Assembly: GCA_041649155.1 (NCBI GenBank)
Contig: JBAZNP010000001.1
Coordinates: forward strand, 3,581 to 67,580
Direction of reading: 5' to 3'
Origin: Patescibacteria group bacterium
GTDB lineage: Bacteria; Patescibacteriota; UBA1384; XYA2-FULL-43-10; 1-14-0-10-43-13
DNA: 64,000 nt
Part shown: positions 29,086 through 37,808 of the stretch, piece by piece
How the letters are laid out: each line of letters opens with the position of its first letter
Numbering within the stretch: position 1 is the stretch's first letter
Position numbers and translations under genes: made by a program
Notes under the pieces: generated by a model
Databases searched by the model: none
The model's input: the letters and a program-made list of their open reading frames with translations, nothing else
What the model was told of the DNA's origin: nothing

Positions 29086-30246
29086 ATGAAGTACTTTGTT
29101 AAAGTCTATGGCTGCCAATATAACGAATGGGATGCAGCCAGAATAAGCTACATGTTAAAAAGCATCGGCTTGATTGAATCGTCCGAAAAGGATGCCGATA
29201 TTATTTTTGCATTGTCTTGCTCAGTTCGCAAAAGTGCTGTTGACCGCATAATGGGAATGGTCAAAAATTGGCAAGGCAAAAAGGTCGTCATTACAGGCTG
29301 CGTTCTTCCAAATGATAAACCAAAATATTTAAAAAAGAACGTCATTCTTTGGGATAATAAAAAGCCGGAAGATTTGAAAGATATTCTCCCACACTGTCAT
29401 TCTGAGCAAAGCGAAGAATCTCAAGATCATTCAGCTACGCCTCAAGATGACAAAATTAGCAAACTATTAAACAGCGGCAATTCCTCCTCCGCCTATCTCC
29501 CAATAATGATAGGCTGCAATAATTTTTGCTCTTATTGCGCCGTCCCATACACCAGAGGACGCGAAGAATCCAGACCCTTTAATGAAATCATGAGTGATTT
29601 CAAAAAAATGGTTGAAAAGGGATACAAAGAAATAATGCTCTTAGGCCAAAACGTAAATAGCTACAGAATTCAGAACGCAGATAACAGAATACAGCAAAAC
29701 AAAGCTGTCATTTCGACCCATTCCGAGCCCACCGTTGGGTGGATTGAGGAAGGCGAGAAATCCCATCACGATAAGTCTGGCTTTGCCATACTACTAGAAA
29801 CCTTAGATAAAATCCCAGGTGATTTCATGATTTCATTTACTTCAAACCATCCAAAAGATATGACTGATGACATTATTACTGCAGTTAAAAATTTACCAAA
29901 AGTGAAGAAAGAAATTCACCTGCCGCTTCAATCCGGAAGCAATGAAGTTTTAAAAGCAATGAACCGACCCTATACCATAGAGAAATATTTAGAACTAATC
30001 GAAAAAATAAAGAAAGAAATTCCGACTGTTTCGATTACAACCGACATTATTGTTGGTTTTCCGAACGAAACGGAAGAAAATTTTCGAAAAACCGTGGAAA
30101 TATTCAAAAGAATCAACTTCAAATCTGCCTACATAAATAAGTACTCTCCCCGTTCCGGAACAGCCGCCTTCAAACTCGGCGACCCAATCCTTTGGACAGA
30201 AAAACAACGTCGCTGGAAAATATTGAATGATATTGCGAATAAATAA
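29086..30246 (+). CDS. MiaB/RimO-family radical-SAM methylthiotransferase (no obvious TRAM domain)
   Basis: MTTase N-domain and the radical SAM CNNFCSYCAVPYTRGRE (CxxxCxxC). It contains two in-frame palindromic-element insertions. Confidence 0.7.
   Translation: MKYFVKVYGCQYNEWDAARISYMLKSIGLIESSEKDADIIFALSCSVRKSAVDRIMGMVKNWQGKKVVITGCVLPNDKPKYLKKNVILWDNKKPEDLKDILPHCHSEQSEESQDHSATPQDDKISKLLNSGNSSSAYLPIMIGCNNFCSYCAVPYTRGREESRPFNEIMSDFKKMVEKGYKEIMLLGQNVNSYRIQNADNRIQQNKAVISTHSEPTVGWIEEGEKSHHDKSGFAILLETLDKIPGDFMISFTSNHPKDMTDDIITAVKNLPKVKKEIHLPLQSGSNEVLKAMNRPYTIEKYLELIEKIKKEIPTVSITTDIIVGFPNETEENFRKTVEIFKRINFKSAYINKYSPRSGTAAFKLGDPILWTEKQRRWKILNDIANK
29396..29420 (+). repeat. In-frame small palindromic element (gtcattctgagcaaagcgaagaatc) inside the miaB-like gene
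   Basis: Encodes the HCHSEQSEES insertion. Same family as the element at 17640. Confidence 0.65.
29706..29767 (+). repeat. In-frame palindromic element, family C, inside the miaB-like gene
   Basis: gtcatttcgacccattccgagcccaccgttgggtggattgaggaaggcgagaaatcccatc encodes VISTHSEPTVGWIEEGEKSH, in the same frame as the uvrB copy. Confidence 0.8.
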
Positions 30247-30285
30247 TATTTGCAATTAATATTAGAGATTAATGTAATTAAAAAG

Positions 30286-30325
30286 ATGTGATAATTTTTG
30301 CGCGGCCACGATATTTTTATCACAT
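30286..30325. repeat. 40 bp palindromic repeat, copy 1 (atgtgataatttttgcgcggccacgatatttttatcacat)
   Basis: Identical to 30978-31017. It has 9 bp inverted arms atgtgataa/ttatcacat. It overlaps the last codons of the Cas2-like gene. Confidence 0.9.
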
Positions 30326-30946
30326 CAAATCTTTTAATGATAAAACATTTTTATTTAAAAAGTGGTCGATTATCTTATCTTCCCCCATTGCTATGTCTAC
30401 TATTAAGTAAGATAAATATTCTTTTGAACAAGTGAAGAAACAAAGCGCATCGATTTCTTTTTTGCAATCAAACGGGTAGACAAAAACGCTCTCCTGAATT
30501 TTTTCAAAGCCCATTTCTTCAAGTTTTCTTCTAATTATATCTCTTGTCGTTTTTTTCTTCTCTGGCACATCAAATATTACTAAACGAAATTTTTTATCCC
30601 AAATCTTTGGGCGATGTTTCGGCAATTCGCCAAGCTTATGCCACACTATTTTTTTAAATCCCTTATCGGTTAACTCAGCAAACTTTTCATTATTTTTCAA
30701 AAAAGTTTTGATTAATCCCTGTTTTTCTAAGTAATATATATGATTTCTAAAATCGCTAGAGGCATTCATCCTTTTGGCATATTCCTGAACGCTTACCGAT
30801 TGATATGGATTCTTTTCTAGATCGATCAAAAAGTTTTCAACTCCTTCAAATAAACAAACGAATATCTCTTTTGCTGATTGTTTTATTCTTTGCTTAATAC
30901 CCTTCTTTTTTTCAGAGTCTTTTTTTGACTCATTTTCACTCATCAC
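30320..30946 (-). CDS. wHTH (PaaX-like N-domain) fused to a Cas2-like/VapD-fold C-terminal domain; putative regulator
   Basis: RLVIFDVPEKKKTTRDIIRRKLEEMGFEKIQESVFVYPFD matches the Cas2 core (LVxxDVxxxxxxRxxxxxxLxxxGxxxQxSVFxxxxD). The N-terminal YYLEKQGLIK region looks like a winged helix. Confidence 0.55.
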   Translation of the reverse strand: MMSENESKKDSEKKKGIKQRIKQSAKEIFVCLFEGVENFLIDLEKNPYQSVSVQEYAKRMNASSDFRNHIYYLEKQGLIKTFLKNNEKFAELTDKGFKKIVWHKLGELPKHRPKIWDKKFRLVIFDVPEKKKTTRDIIRRKLEEMGFEKIQESVFVYPFDCKKEIDALCFFTCSKEYLSYLIVDIAMGEDKIIDHFLNKNVLSLKDLM

Positions 30947-30977
30947 CCCCCCTTTTTTTTATTTATTATAAAGTAAT

Positions 30978-31017
30978 ATGTGATAATTTTTGCGCGGCCA
31001 CGATATTTTTATCACAT
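30978..31017. repeat. 40 bp palindromic repeat, copy 2, about 30 bp upstream of the Cas2-like gene start
   Basis: Perfect 40/40 identity with copy 1. Candidate operator or recombination site. Confidence 0.9.
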
Positions 31018-31047
31018 TTTTACTCTCTCAAGTACAAGTAATTAAAA

Positions 31048-31575
31048 TTACTCAACAATCTTAATCGGTTTTAGCTTCAAAAAATCTTCTTCTGAGGGAA
31101 TCGCAATCCCTTGGTATTTAAAGTTCTCTCTTTCCCCTCTAGTAAACAAAGTTATATGGGGAAATTGAGATGGAATATTTTTGCCAAGCTTCTCACTAAT
31201 TTTTTTATAAAGAAGTTTAATAGAAGGCATTTCAATAGTTCTAATATAAGATTCTCTATTTTCTAAAATATCGCTACCATCCCAGTAACCGCTTTTTTCT
31301 ATATGGAAAAGATCCTTTTCCTTGTATTCCCAATCAAACTTCAAAAGCAAAGAAAGAATTTTTTTATTTAGCACTTTTTTATCTAGCGATGTATGCTCAA
31401 TTATTTCTCTAACTTTACTACCAGAAAGAATCGTTATATGCCTTGACGTCTGTTCTCGATAACCTTCAGCTAAAGCTCTTTCTTTAATATCAGATACATT
31501 AACTTGATTTGCAGTTAACTCGATACATGAATGTAAATCCGAATTTAAAACTGGTTTATTGGGCTTAATAAGCAT
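31048..31575 (-). CDS. 2H phosphoesterase superfamily protein (LigT / 2'-5' RNA ligase-like)
   Basis: Two H-x-T-x motifs (SRHITILSG and FPHITLFTRG) at the spacing typical of 2H enzymes. Confidence 0.5.
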   Translation of the reverse strand: MLIKPNKPVLNSDLHSCIELTANQVNVSDIKERALAEGYREQTSRHITILSGSKVREIIEHTSLDKKVLNKKILSLLLKFDWEYKEKDLFHIEKSGYWDGSDILENRESYIRTIEMPSIKLLYKKISEKLGKNIPSQFPHITLFTRGERENFKYQGIAIPSEEDFLKLKPIKIVE

Positions 31576-32053
31576 TATTCTCCATTTTGATTATTTCTAG
31601 ACACTCTTTACAGAATCCTGAAAGATTAGTTGGAATGTTATCTAATTTAAAAAATTTTATTTCACTAATTTTTTCTGGCTCCATATTTTTCGGCCCATCT
31701 TTTGTTTTTGCTTGGAAATTAATTCCAGTCCAGTGCTTGTTATCAAAAATAAAATCATTATAGTTAATTAGTTTTTCTTCATAAATTTTCATACCCAGCT
31801 CTTCTTTAATCTCTCGCTGCAAAGCTTCGGCACAAGTCTCACCAAACTCAACTGTTCCACCCGGCATAGACTAACACTCCGAAAACCCCTTTGGCTTTTT
31901 TTCGGTTTTTTTGTGATTGACCAGCAAAACTTCATTTTTGTCATTAAAAATGAGTGCGAAAACCGAAACGCCGATACAGTCTTGTCCTATTTTCATACTT
32001 TTTAATCCTTCTTGGGATATTTTTTCTGTGCCTCGATTGCTATTTTGATACAT
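31565..32053 (-). pseudogene. Nudix hydrolase interrupted by an in-frame TAG (or a read-through gene)
   Basis: The N-part GVSVFALIFNDKNEVLLVNHKKTEKKPKGFSEC ends at TAG (31871-31873). It is followed in the same frame by S-M-PGGTVEFGETCAEALQREIKEELG, the Nudix box. Confidence 0.6.
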
Positions 32054-32283
32054 TCTTCTGGGTCATAACCTAAATCATCACACCAACGAATAGTTGAGAA
32101 TATGATATTCCCCAATTCTTTCTTCAATTCGTCATCTGTATGAATAATTTCATCTTTTTTATCATTTCTTGACCAACGACAAATATCACCAAAAACTTTT
32201 CCCATTCTAACTATCGCTTCTCTAAGATCGCATTTTCCGGTCCATATCGATTTGCTTTCATCTAAAAGTTCATTGATTTTCAT
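32002..32283 (-). CDS. MazG-like nucleotide pyrophosphohydrolase domain protein
   Basis: MKINELLDESKSIW...ELGNIIFSTIRWCDDLGYDPEECIKIAIE is a MazG/HisE-type all-alpha NTP-PPase. Confidence 0.55.
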   Translation of the reverse strand: MKINELLDESKSIWTGKCDLREAIVRMGKVFGDICRWSRNDKKDEIIHTDDELKKELGNIIFSTIRWCDDLGYDPEECIKIAIEAQKKYPKKD

Positions 32284-32340
32284 ATTCCCTCCCTGCTCCG
32301 TTTGATGCCCCAAAGGGGCTATCCAACTGGGGCTACACTA

Positions 32341-34071
32341 TTATATTATTCCCTTAACAATATCTTCTGTCGACATTAAGCCCTTATCGCCCTCTCCATA
32401 TTTACGAACTGCAACTTTGTTTGCTTCTTTTTCCTTATCTCCAACAATTAGCATGTAAGGAATTTTTTGCATTTCTGACTCGCGAATTTTTTTGCCCATA
32501 GATTCATTTCGCTCATCAACTTCCACTCTAATATTTTTTTCTAGTAACTCTTTTTCAACTTTTTTTGCATATTCTAACTGCTTTTCAGAAATCGGAATAA
32601 TAACTGCCTGAACCGGCGCAAGCCATACTGGGAAGGCTCCGGCAAAGTGCTCTATGAGAAGTGCCATAAACCGCTCATATGACCCCAGAATTGCACGATG
32701 TATCATAACAGGACTTGCTGCCTCACCACCTTCATTAATGTAAGTTAAATTAAATCTTTTTGGAGTGGCAAAGTCCAACTGAATAGTTGGTATTTGGATT
32801 TCCCGACCTGTTGCGTCCTTGAACATAAAATCAAGTTTGGGGCCATAAAGTGCAGCTTCACCTTCACATCTTTTAGCCTCGAGTCCCATCTCATCAGAAA
32901 TTTCCTGAAGTGTTTTTTCGCAAAGATCCCAATCTTTTGTGTCGCCAATATATTTTTCTGGATGTGAGTAATCACGGACAGAAAGAGAGACCCAGTGATT
33001 ATCCCACATACCAAGCGAAGAATAAAAGTCTTTGATAATATTAACAAGATTTTTAATCTGATCTTTAACCTGTGATGGTGTACAAAAAGTATGGCCATCT
33101 TCGCAAGTAATAGCATAAACCCGATTAAGGCCTCCGACTTCGCCTGATTTTTCAGCCCTATACTGCTTCTCAGATTCCATATAGCTAATTGGCAAATCTT
33201 TATATGATCTTTGTCTTGATGCATAAATTTGAGTTTGATGAGGACATTGGACTGGCTTTAACACAAAATCATGGTCTTTGGCAGAAGTAACGTGGAATAA
33301 TTCATCTCCAAATTTATCGGCATGACCGGATATTTTATATAAATCGATTTTAGCAAGATGAGGAGTTGAAACTTTTTGAAATCCATATTTTCTGCAGATA
33401 TCTTCAACTTTTTTTTGAAGAGTTTCTCTAATGAAAGTGCCTTTTGGAGTAAAAAGCGGTAAACCAGGTCCAACTAAATCGGAAAAAACAAAAAGATCCA
33501 ATTCTTTGCCAAGCTTACGATGGTCTCTTTTTTCAGCTTCAATTAATACTTCTTCATACTTTTTCAAGTCTTCTGGTGTTTCAAAAGCTAGTCCGTAAAT
33601 TCGTTGAAGCATCTTGTTTTTTTCGCTACCCCGCCAATAGGCACCGGCGATTTTATGAAGTTTGAAACCGATATCTTTCAATTCTCCAGTCGAAGCAACA
33701 TGAGGGCCTTTACAAAGATCAATGAAGCCATCAATGGTGTAGAAACCTGCTTTTTCATCTTCCAATTCTTCAACTAGTTCAGCTTTATACGGTTGATTTG
33801 TTTTTTTAATAAATTCAATTGCTTCTTTTTTTGTTTTTTCATGTTTTTCAATTTTGATATTTTTTTCAATAATTTTACGCATCTTCTCTTCCAGAATTGG
33901 TAAATCTTCGGGAATTAGCGTTCTTGGCAAGTCAAAATCGTAATAAAATCCGTTATCAATCGCCGGACCAATACCAAGCTTTGCTTCCGGAAACATTTCC
34001 AAAACTGCCATCGCCAAGACATGGCTAAGCGAATGACGAACCGTTTCAATGTTAACTTTTTTATCTGACAT
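32341..34071 (-). CDS. thrS: Threonine--tRNA ligase (lacks the N-terminal TGS domain)
   Basis: HSLSHVLAMAV editing-domain HxxxH, class II core, HRAILGSYERFMALLIEHFAGAFPVWLAP, and an anticodon-binding C-terminus. Confidence 0.9.
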   Translation of the reverse strand: MSDKKVNIETVRHSLSHVLAMAVLEMFPEAKLGIGPAIDNGFYYDFDLPRTLIPEDLPILEEKMRKIIEKNIKIEKHEKTKKEAIEFIKKTNQPYKAELVEELEDEKAGFYTIDGFIDLCKGPHVASTGELKDIGFKLHKIAGAYWRGSEKNKMLQRIYGLAFETPEDLKKYEEVLIEAEKRDHRKLGKELDLFVFSDLVGPGLPLFTPKGTFIRETLQKKVEDICRKYGFQKVSTPHLAKIDLYKISGHADKFGDELFHVTSAKDHDFVLKPVQCPHQTQIYASRQRSYKDLPISYMESEKQYRAEKSGEVGGLNRVYAITCEDGHTFCTPSQVKDQIKNLVNIIKDFYSSLGMWDNHWVSLSVRDYSHPEKYIGDTKDWDLCEKTLQEISDEMGLEAKRCEGEAALYGPKLDFMFKDATGREIQIPTIQLDFATPKRFNLTYINEGGEAASPVMIHRAILGSYERFMALLIEHFAGAFPVWLAPVQAVIIPISEKQLEYAKKVEKELLEKNIRVEVDERNESMGKKIRESEMQKIPYMLIVGDKEKEANKVAVRKYGEGDKGLMSTEDIVKGII

Positions 34072-34080
34072 ATTTCTCCT

Positions 34081-34335
34081 TTACCCTGTGAAATACGATT
34101 TGAGTCGATTTCGCAAGAATTGTTTACCTCTAAAACTTTTTAAATATTTTTCTCTATGTGTTGCGTCTTTTTGACAAACGCAAGCTTCATAATATATTAA
34201 TTTCAATGGCCTACGATCTTTAGTTGAATCAACCAACCCATTCTCATGTTTCTCAAATCGTAATTTTAAATTTTTCGTATAACCTGTATACATTTTACCA
34301 TCATTTTGCGAATGTAGGATATAGACATAAAACAT
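34081..34335 (-). CDS. GIY-YIG nuclease superfamily protein (standalone, 84 aa)
   Basis: FYVYILHSQNDGKMYTGYTKNLKLRFEKH is a GIY-YIG motif. Confidence 0.7.
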   Translation of the reverse strand: MFYVYILHSQNDGKMYTGYTKNLKLRFEKHENGLVDSTKDRRPLKLIYYEACVCQKDATHREKYLKSFRGKQFLRNRLKSYFTG

Positions 34336-34382
34336 GACTTTTATCTAATTTAATAAAAATTTAAAATATTTCACAGGGTGAA

Positions 34383-34440
34383 CAAAAAAAGACCGTTTGT
34401 TTCGAGATCCCGATGCAACATCGGGAGGTTCCATCTCGAT
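34383..34440 (-). terminator. Rho-independent terminator downstream of coaE on the minus strand
   Basis: Hairpin tcgagat(gg)aacctcccgatgttgcatcgggatctcga followed on the minus strand by aaacaaacggtcttttttt. The preceding ~120 nt are GC-rich and structured. Confidence 0.55.
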
Positions 34441-34560
34441 TTGGTCTTAATTTACTCGTTCGCTCGAGTCTGCGCTGGTTCTCCGGGGCGGTACTCCCAT
34501 CGACAAATCAGATATTATGTTTTTATATTACCATTTTTAAAATTAATGTAAATATGCGGA

Positions 34561-35103
34561 TTAAGAAATATTCTCTAATATTTTGTCTATTTTTTTATTA
34601 AGTCCCTCGATTGTACCTGAATTATCAATAATATAATCAGCCTTTTCTTTGCATAAATCAATTCTTTGAGAACTTTTACCTGACATTTCAAGTTGTTCTT
34701 TTTCTTTTAATTCTTCCAATGTAAGCTTTTTTTCCTGGTCATCTCTCGATCTCTTAATTAGTCGCTCATATCTAATTTCTATTGGAGCATCAACAAAAAT
34801 TAATTTAAAGTTATCAATAGTTTTTAAATAATCGATTTCCCCAATATCTCTTAGAGCAGAGATAACAAGATTTTTTTTACTCTTTTGTTCAACTGCCATC
34901 TTAGCCAAAATTGCGCTGTCAAACTCTTTTTTTAAATTATTAGATAACATGCGAACAGTTTCCCTATCCAAGCCCAAACTTCTCTCTTTTGCTACTTCAC
35001 GAAGAATATCCGAGGTTGAAATATGCTCAAAGCCTTTTTCTGCTAGATATTCCGAAACAGCATCTTTTCCTGCTCCAAACGTGCCTGTAAGTCCAATGAT
35101 CAT
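34561..35103 (-). CDS. coaE: Dephospho-CoA kinase-like P-loop kinase
   Basis: IGLTGTFGAGKDAV Walker A and a C-terminal ADYIIDNSGTIEGL block like the CoaE C-terminus. Confidence 0.5.
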   Translation of the reverse strand: MIIGLTGTFGAGKDAVSEYLAEKGFEHISTSDILREVAKERSLGLDRETVRMLSNNLKKEFDSAILAKMAVEQKSKKNLVISALRDIGEIDYLKTIDNFKLIFVDAPIEIRYERLIKRSRDDQEKKLTLEELKEKEQLEMSGKSSQRIDLCKEKADYIIDNSGTIEGLNKKIDKILENIS

Positions 35104-35810
35104 CCTCTTTCCCTCAATTCAATTGTTTTTATTTTATCTGGTTTTCCGCAATGTAATTTTCCTTGCCAGCAAATTTTTTCCGTTACACAAGTAGGACCAG
35201 CATATTTAAAAATGTTTGGTGCAATTATTTTACATTCTTTCAACATCATGCCTGCCATATTGCGAATTTCCCACTGCGCCCTATTGCATAATCTTTCTTC
35301 AAAAAAATTAAATAGGGATCTACAATTCATTGTGACAACAATCTTTGTCTCACAACCATTTGGCAAAATCATTCTTGCATCTTCGGCAGGAATTCCTAAG
35401 TCAATCAGTTTTTGATAATTTTTTTGAATAGAAGATAATTCATCAGTATAGAATTTTAAGGCCTGAGAGTTCTTTTTAATGGATGGCGGCAATATGTATT
35501 CGAAGCCACCTTCTTTAACATAACGTTGAGATTTTTGGGAATAAGAAGCAATCCTGTGCCTAACCAACTGATGCGTTAACGCTCGAGAGATCCCCTCAAT
35601 TGAAAAGGTGAAATATGCATGTTCAATTGTAGAATGATGCCCTGAAGAAATAACTTGTTTAATTAATCTTTGTTTTTGATCTTCTGTCACCTTTTCCCAC
35701 AACTCTTTGCCGGAGAGCAGACTATAACATTGTCTTATGGCAGCGACAATAGTCCTTTCTGGATCTTTTGTATAAGATAAAACACAAACTTTTAGTTTGG
35801 CCTGATTCAT
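35100..35810 (-). CDS. thyX: Flavin-dependent thymidylate synthase
   Basis: HQLVRHRIASYSQKSQRY is the ThyX RHRxxS...SxR signature. Confidence 0.85.
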   Translation of the reverse strand: MNQAKLKVCVLSYTKDPERTIVAAIRQCYSLLSGKELWEKVTEDQKQRLIKQVISSGHHSTIEHAYFTFSIEGISRALTHQLVRHRIASYSQKSQRYVKEGGFEYILPPSIKKNSQALKFYTDELSSIQKNYQKLIDLGIPAEDARMILPNGCETKIVVTMNCRSLFNFFEERLCNRAQWEIRNMAGMMLKECKIIAPNIFKYAGPTCVTEKICWQGKLHCGKPDKIKTIELRERG

Positions 35811-35812
35811 AG

Positions 35813-36382
35813 CTATCCTTTTTTAAAGTTTTTATAATATTCGCTAGCCGTCGGATCAACTTGATTTTGATATTTGCTACCAATTTTCCTTGAACCATAG
35901 GGTGTTTCGCATGGAGTACATAAATTCATAAAAGAAAGTTGACCTATTTTCATTCCAGGATAAAGAGCTATGGGAAGATTTGCCACATTAGAAAGCTCTA
36001 GAGTGATTGTGCCTTTAAATCCAGGATCAACGTATCCAGCTGTCGAGTGAATAAGAAGACCCAATCTCCCAAGTGAACTTTTTCCTTCTATGCGAGCAAC
36101 AACTGTTTTATCTAATCCTATTACTTCTAGAGTAGAGCCAAGAATAAATTCTCCGGGATGTAGAATAAATGGTGAGCCATTTTTTAGTTCAACCAAAGAA
36201 GTTAAATCAAGCTGTTTTTCCCTCGGATCTATAATAGAATATTTATAATTATTAAAAACTCTAAACTTATTAGATAATCTAACGTCATAGCTTGATGGTT
36301 GAATCATGGAATCGTCTTCGGGAGTGATTATAATTTTTTTATCTTCAATTGCTTTTTTGATATCATTATCGCTGAAAACCAT
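35813..36382 (-). CDS. dcd: dCTP deaminase
   Basis: MVFSDNDIKKAIEDKKIIITPEDDSMIQPSSYDVRLS... and GYVDPGFKG. Dcd-type dUTPase fold. Confidence 0.85.
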   Translation of the reverse strand: MVFSDNDIKKAIEDKKIIITPEDDSMIQPSSYDVRLSNKFRVFNNYKYSIIDPREKQLDLTSLVELKNGSPFILHPGEFILGSTLEVIGLDKTVVARIEGKSSLGRLGLLIHSTAGYVDPGFKGTITLELSNVANLPIALYPGMKIGQLSFMNLCTPCETPYGSRKIGSKYQNQVDPTASEYYKNFKKG

Positions 36383-36391
36383 TTCTCTCCT

Positions 36392-37648
36392 TTATTTATT
36401 AATTCCGGGTACTGGAAACTTTGTACACATTTCACGTATTTCTTCTTTTATTTCTGCCAATTTTTCGTCATTATCTTTGTTTTCATAAACCAGATTAAAT
36501 AGCTCCGCGATTCTTTGCATTTCAACCAAACCCATACCGCGAGTAGTTAATGCGGCGACCCCAACTCTAATTCCAGAAGTGACTGCCGGAGGAAGAGGAT
36601 CGCCTGGGATTGCATTTTTATTTACTGTGATTTCTGCTTTGCCAAGCGCATCTTCAAATTCTTTTCCAGTAATATTTTTACTTCGTAAATCAACAAGACA
36701 TAAGTGATTGTCGGTTCCGCCACTAACCAAATTGAAATCAAAAGAGCTTAAAGTTTCAGCAAAGCAACTCATATTTTGAACAATATTTTTTGCGTATTCT
36801 TTAAAACTTGGCTTTAAAGCTTCACCAAAAGCTACTGCTTTTGCAGCAATAATATGCTCATGGGGACCGCCCTGTAACCCTGGAAATACCGCCTTATCAA
36901 TCGCTTTGGCATATTTTTCTTTGCAAATAATCATTGCGCCTCGTGGCCCTCGTAGTGTTTTGTGAGTTGTTGTCATCACAACATCAACAAACGGAAAAGG
37001 GCTTGGATGAACTCCGCCAATGATCAGGCCTGATATATGAGAAATGTCAGCCATGTGAATCGCGCCCACTTCGTCAGCAATTTCCTGAAATTTTTTGAAA
37101 TCAATTTGGCGAGGATAAGCCGTAGCGCCTGATACGATAATTTTTGGCTTATGTTTTTTTGCTAACTCTCTAACTTCATCATAGTTAATTCTTTGATCAT
37201 CTTCGCGAACACTATATTGTATGAAATTGTATGCACGACCGGAAAAATTAACTTTATGGCCATGAGTTAAATGACCCCCTTGAGCCAAGCTCATTCCCAT
37301 TAAAGTGTCTCCAAATTCTGCCAATGCAAAATAGATGGCAATATTAGCAGGAGAACCGGAGTATGGTTGAACATTGGCGTGCCATTCTGGCTCAGATAAG
37401 CCAAAAAGTTTCAATGCTCGTTCGCAAGCTAGAGTTTCCACCTTGTCAGTCCATTCTTGTCCGCCATAATATCTTTTTCCTGGATACCCCTCTGAATATT
37501 TATTGGTAAAAATAGAGCCCATCAATTCTAATACTGCTTCCGAAACATAATTCTCTGAGGCTATCATTTCCAAGCCTTCCTTCTGCCTCTTTTTTTCACC
37601 CTCTAAAATTTTAGATACTTCTTTATCACTTATTTTTACTGTGCTCAT
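36392..37648 (-). CDS. glyA: Serine hydroxymethyltransferase
   Basis: [15 protein letters not shown]-lysine region, GLQGGPHEH and YSGSPAN blocks. Confidence 0.9.
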   Translation of the reverse strand: MSTVKISDKEVSKILEGEKKRQKEGLEMIASENYVSEAVLELMGSIFTNKYSEGYPGKRYYGGQEWTDKVETLACERALKLFGLSEPEWHANVQPYSGSPANIAIYFALAEFGDTLMGMSLAQGGHLTHGHKVNFSGRAYNFIQYSVREDDQRINYDEVRELAKKHKPKIIVSGATAYPRQIDFKKFQEIADEVGAIHMADISHISGLIIGGVHPSPFPFVDVVMTTTHKTLRGPRGAMIICKEKYAKAIDKAVFPGLQGGPHEHIIAAKAVAFGEALKPSFKEYAKNIVQNMSCFAETLSSFDFNLVSGGTDNHLCLVDLRSKNITGKEFEDALGKAEITVNKNAIPGDPLPPAVTSGIRVGVAALTTRGMGLVEMQRIAELFNLVYENKDNDEKLAEIKEEIREMCTKFPVPGINK

Positions 37649-37703
37649 TCCGCTCCTTCCTTAAAATCAACAACCTACTATTCTATTTATTATTATTGTT
37701 GTT

Positions 37704-37788
37704 GTCATCCCAGACTGCAATCTTGAGATCTGGGATCCAGAAATTTTTACTACGAACTTCCTAGATTCCAGATCAAGTCTGGAATGAC
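37704..37788. repeat. Composite palindromic MITE-like element (modules P and Q), intergenic copy
   Basis: gtcatcccagactgcaatcttgagatctgggatccag...attccagatcaagtctggaatgac. Inverted relative to 8520. An inverted, diverged copy is inserted in rsmH. Confidence 0.8.
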
Positions 37789-37808
37789 AATGTATTTCAG
37801 ATCATTAT

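Noticed and set aside
30286-31017. CRISPR array next to the Cas2-like gene
   Set aside because: Only two copies of the 40 bp repeat exist. They flank a gene rather than spacers of ~30-40 bp, and no cas1 or other cas genes are present.
31565-32053. Treating the two Nudix halves as two genuine small genes
   Set aside because: They are in the same frame, and the stop falls inside the contiguous, conserved Nudix fold just before the Nudix box. A single nonsense event is the simplest explanation.
34413-34601. 62 aa plus-strand ORF in the coaE/GIY-YIG spacer
   Set aside because: It overlaps a minus-strand intrinsic terminator and GC-rich hairpins, has no RBS and low complexity, and is most likely non-coding.
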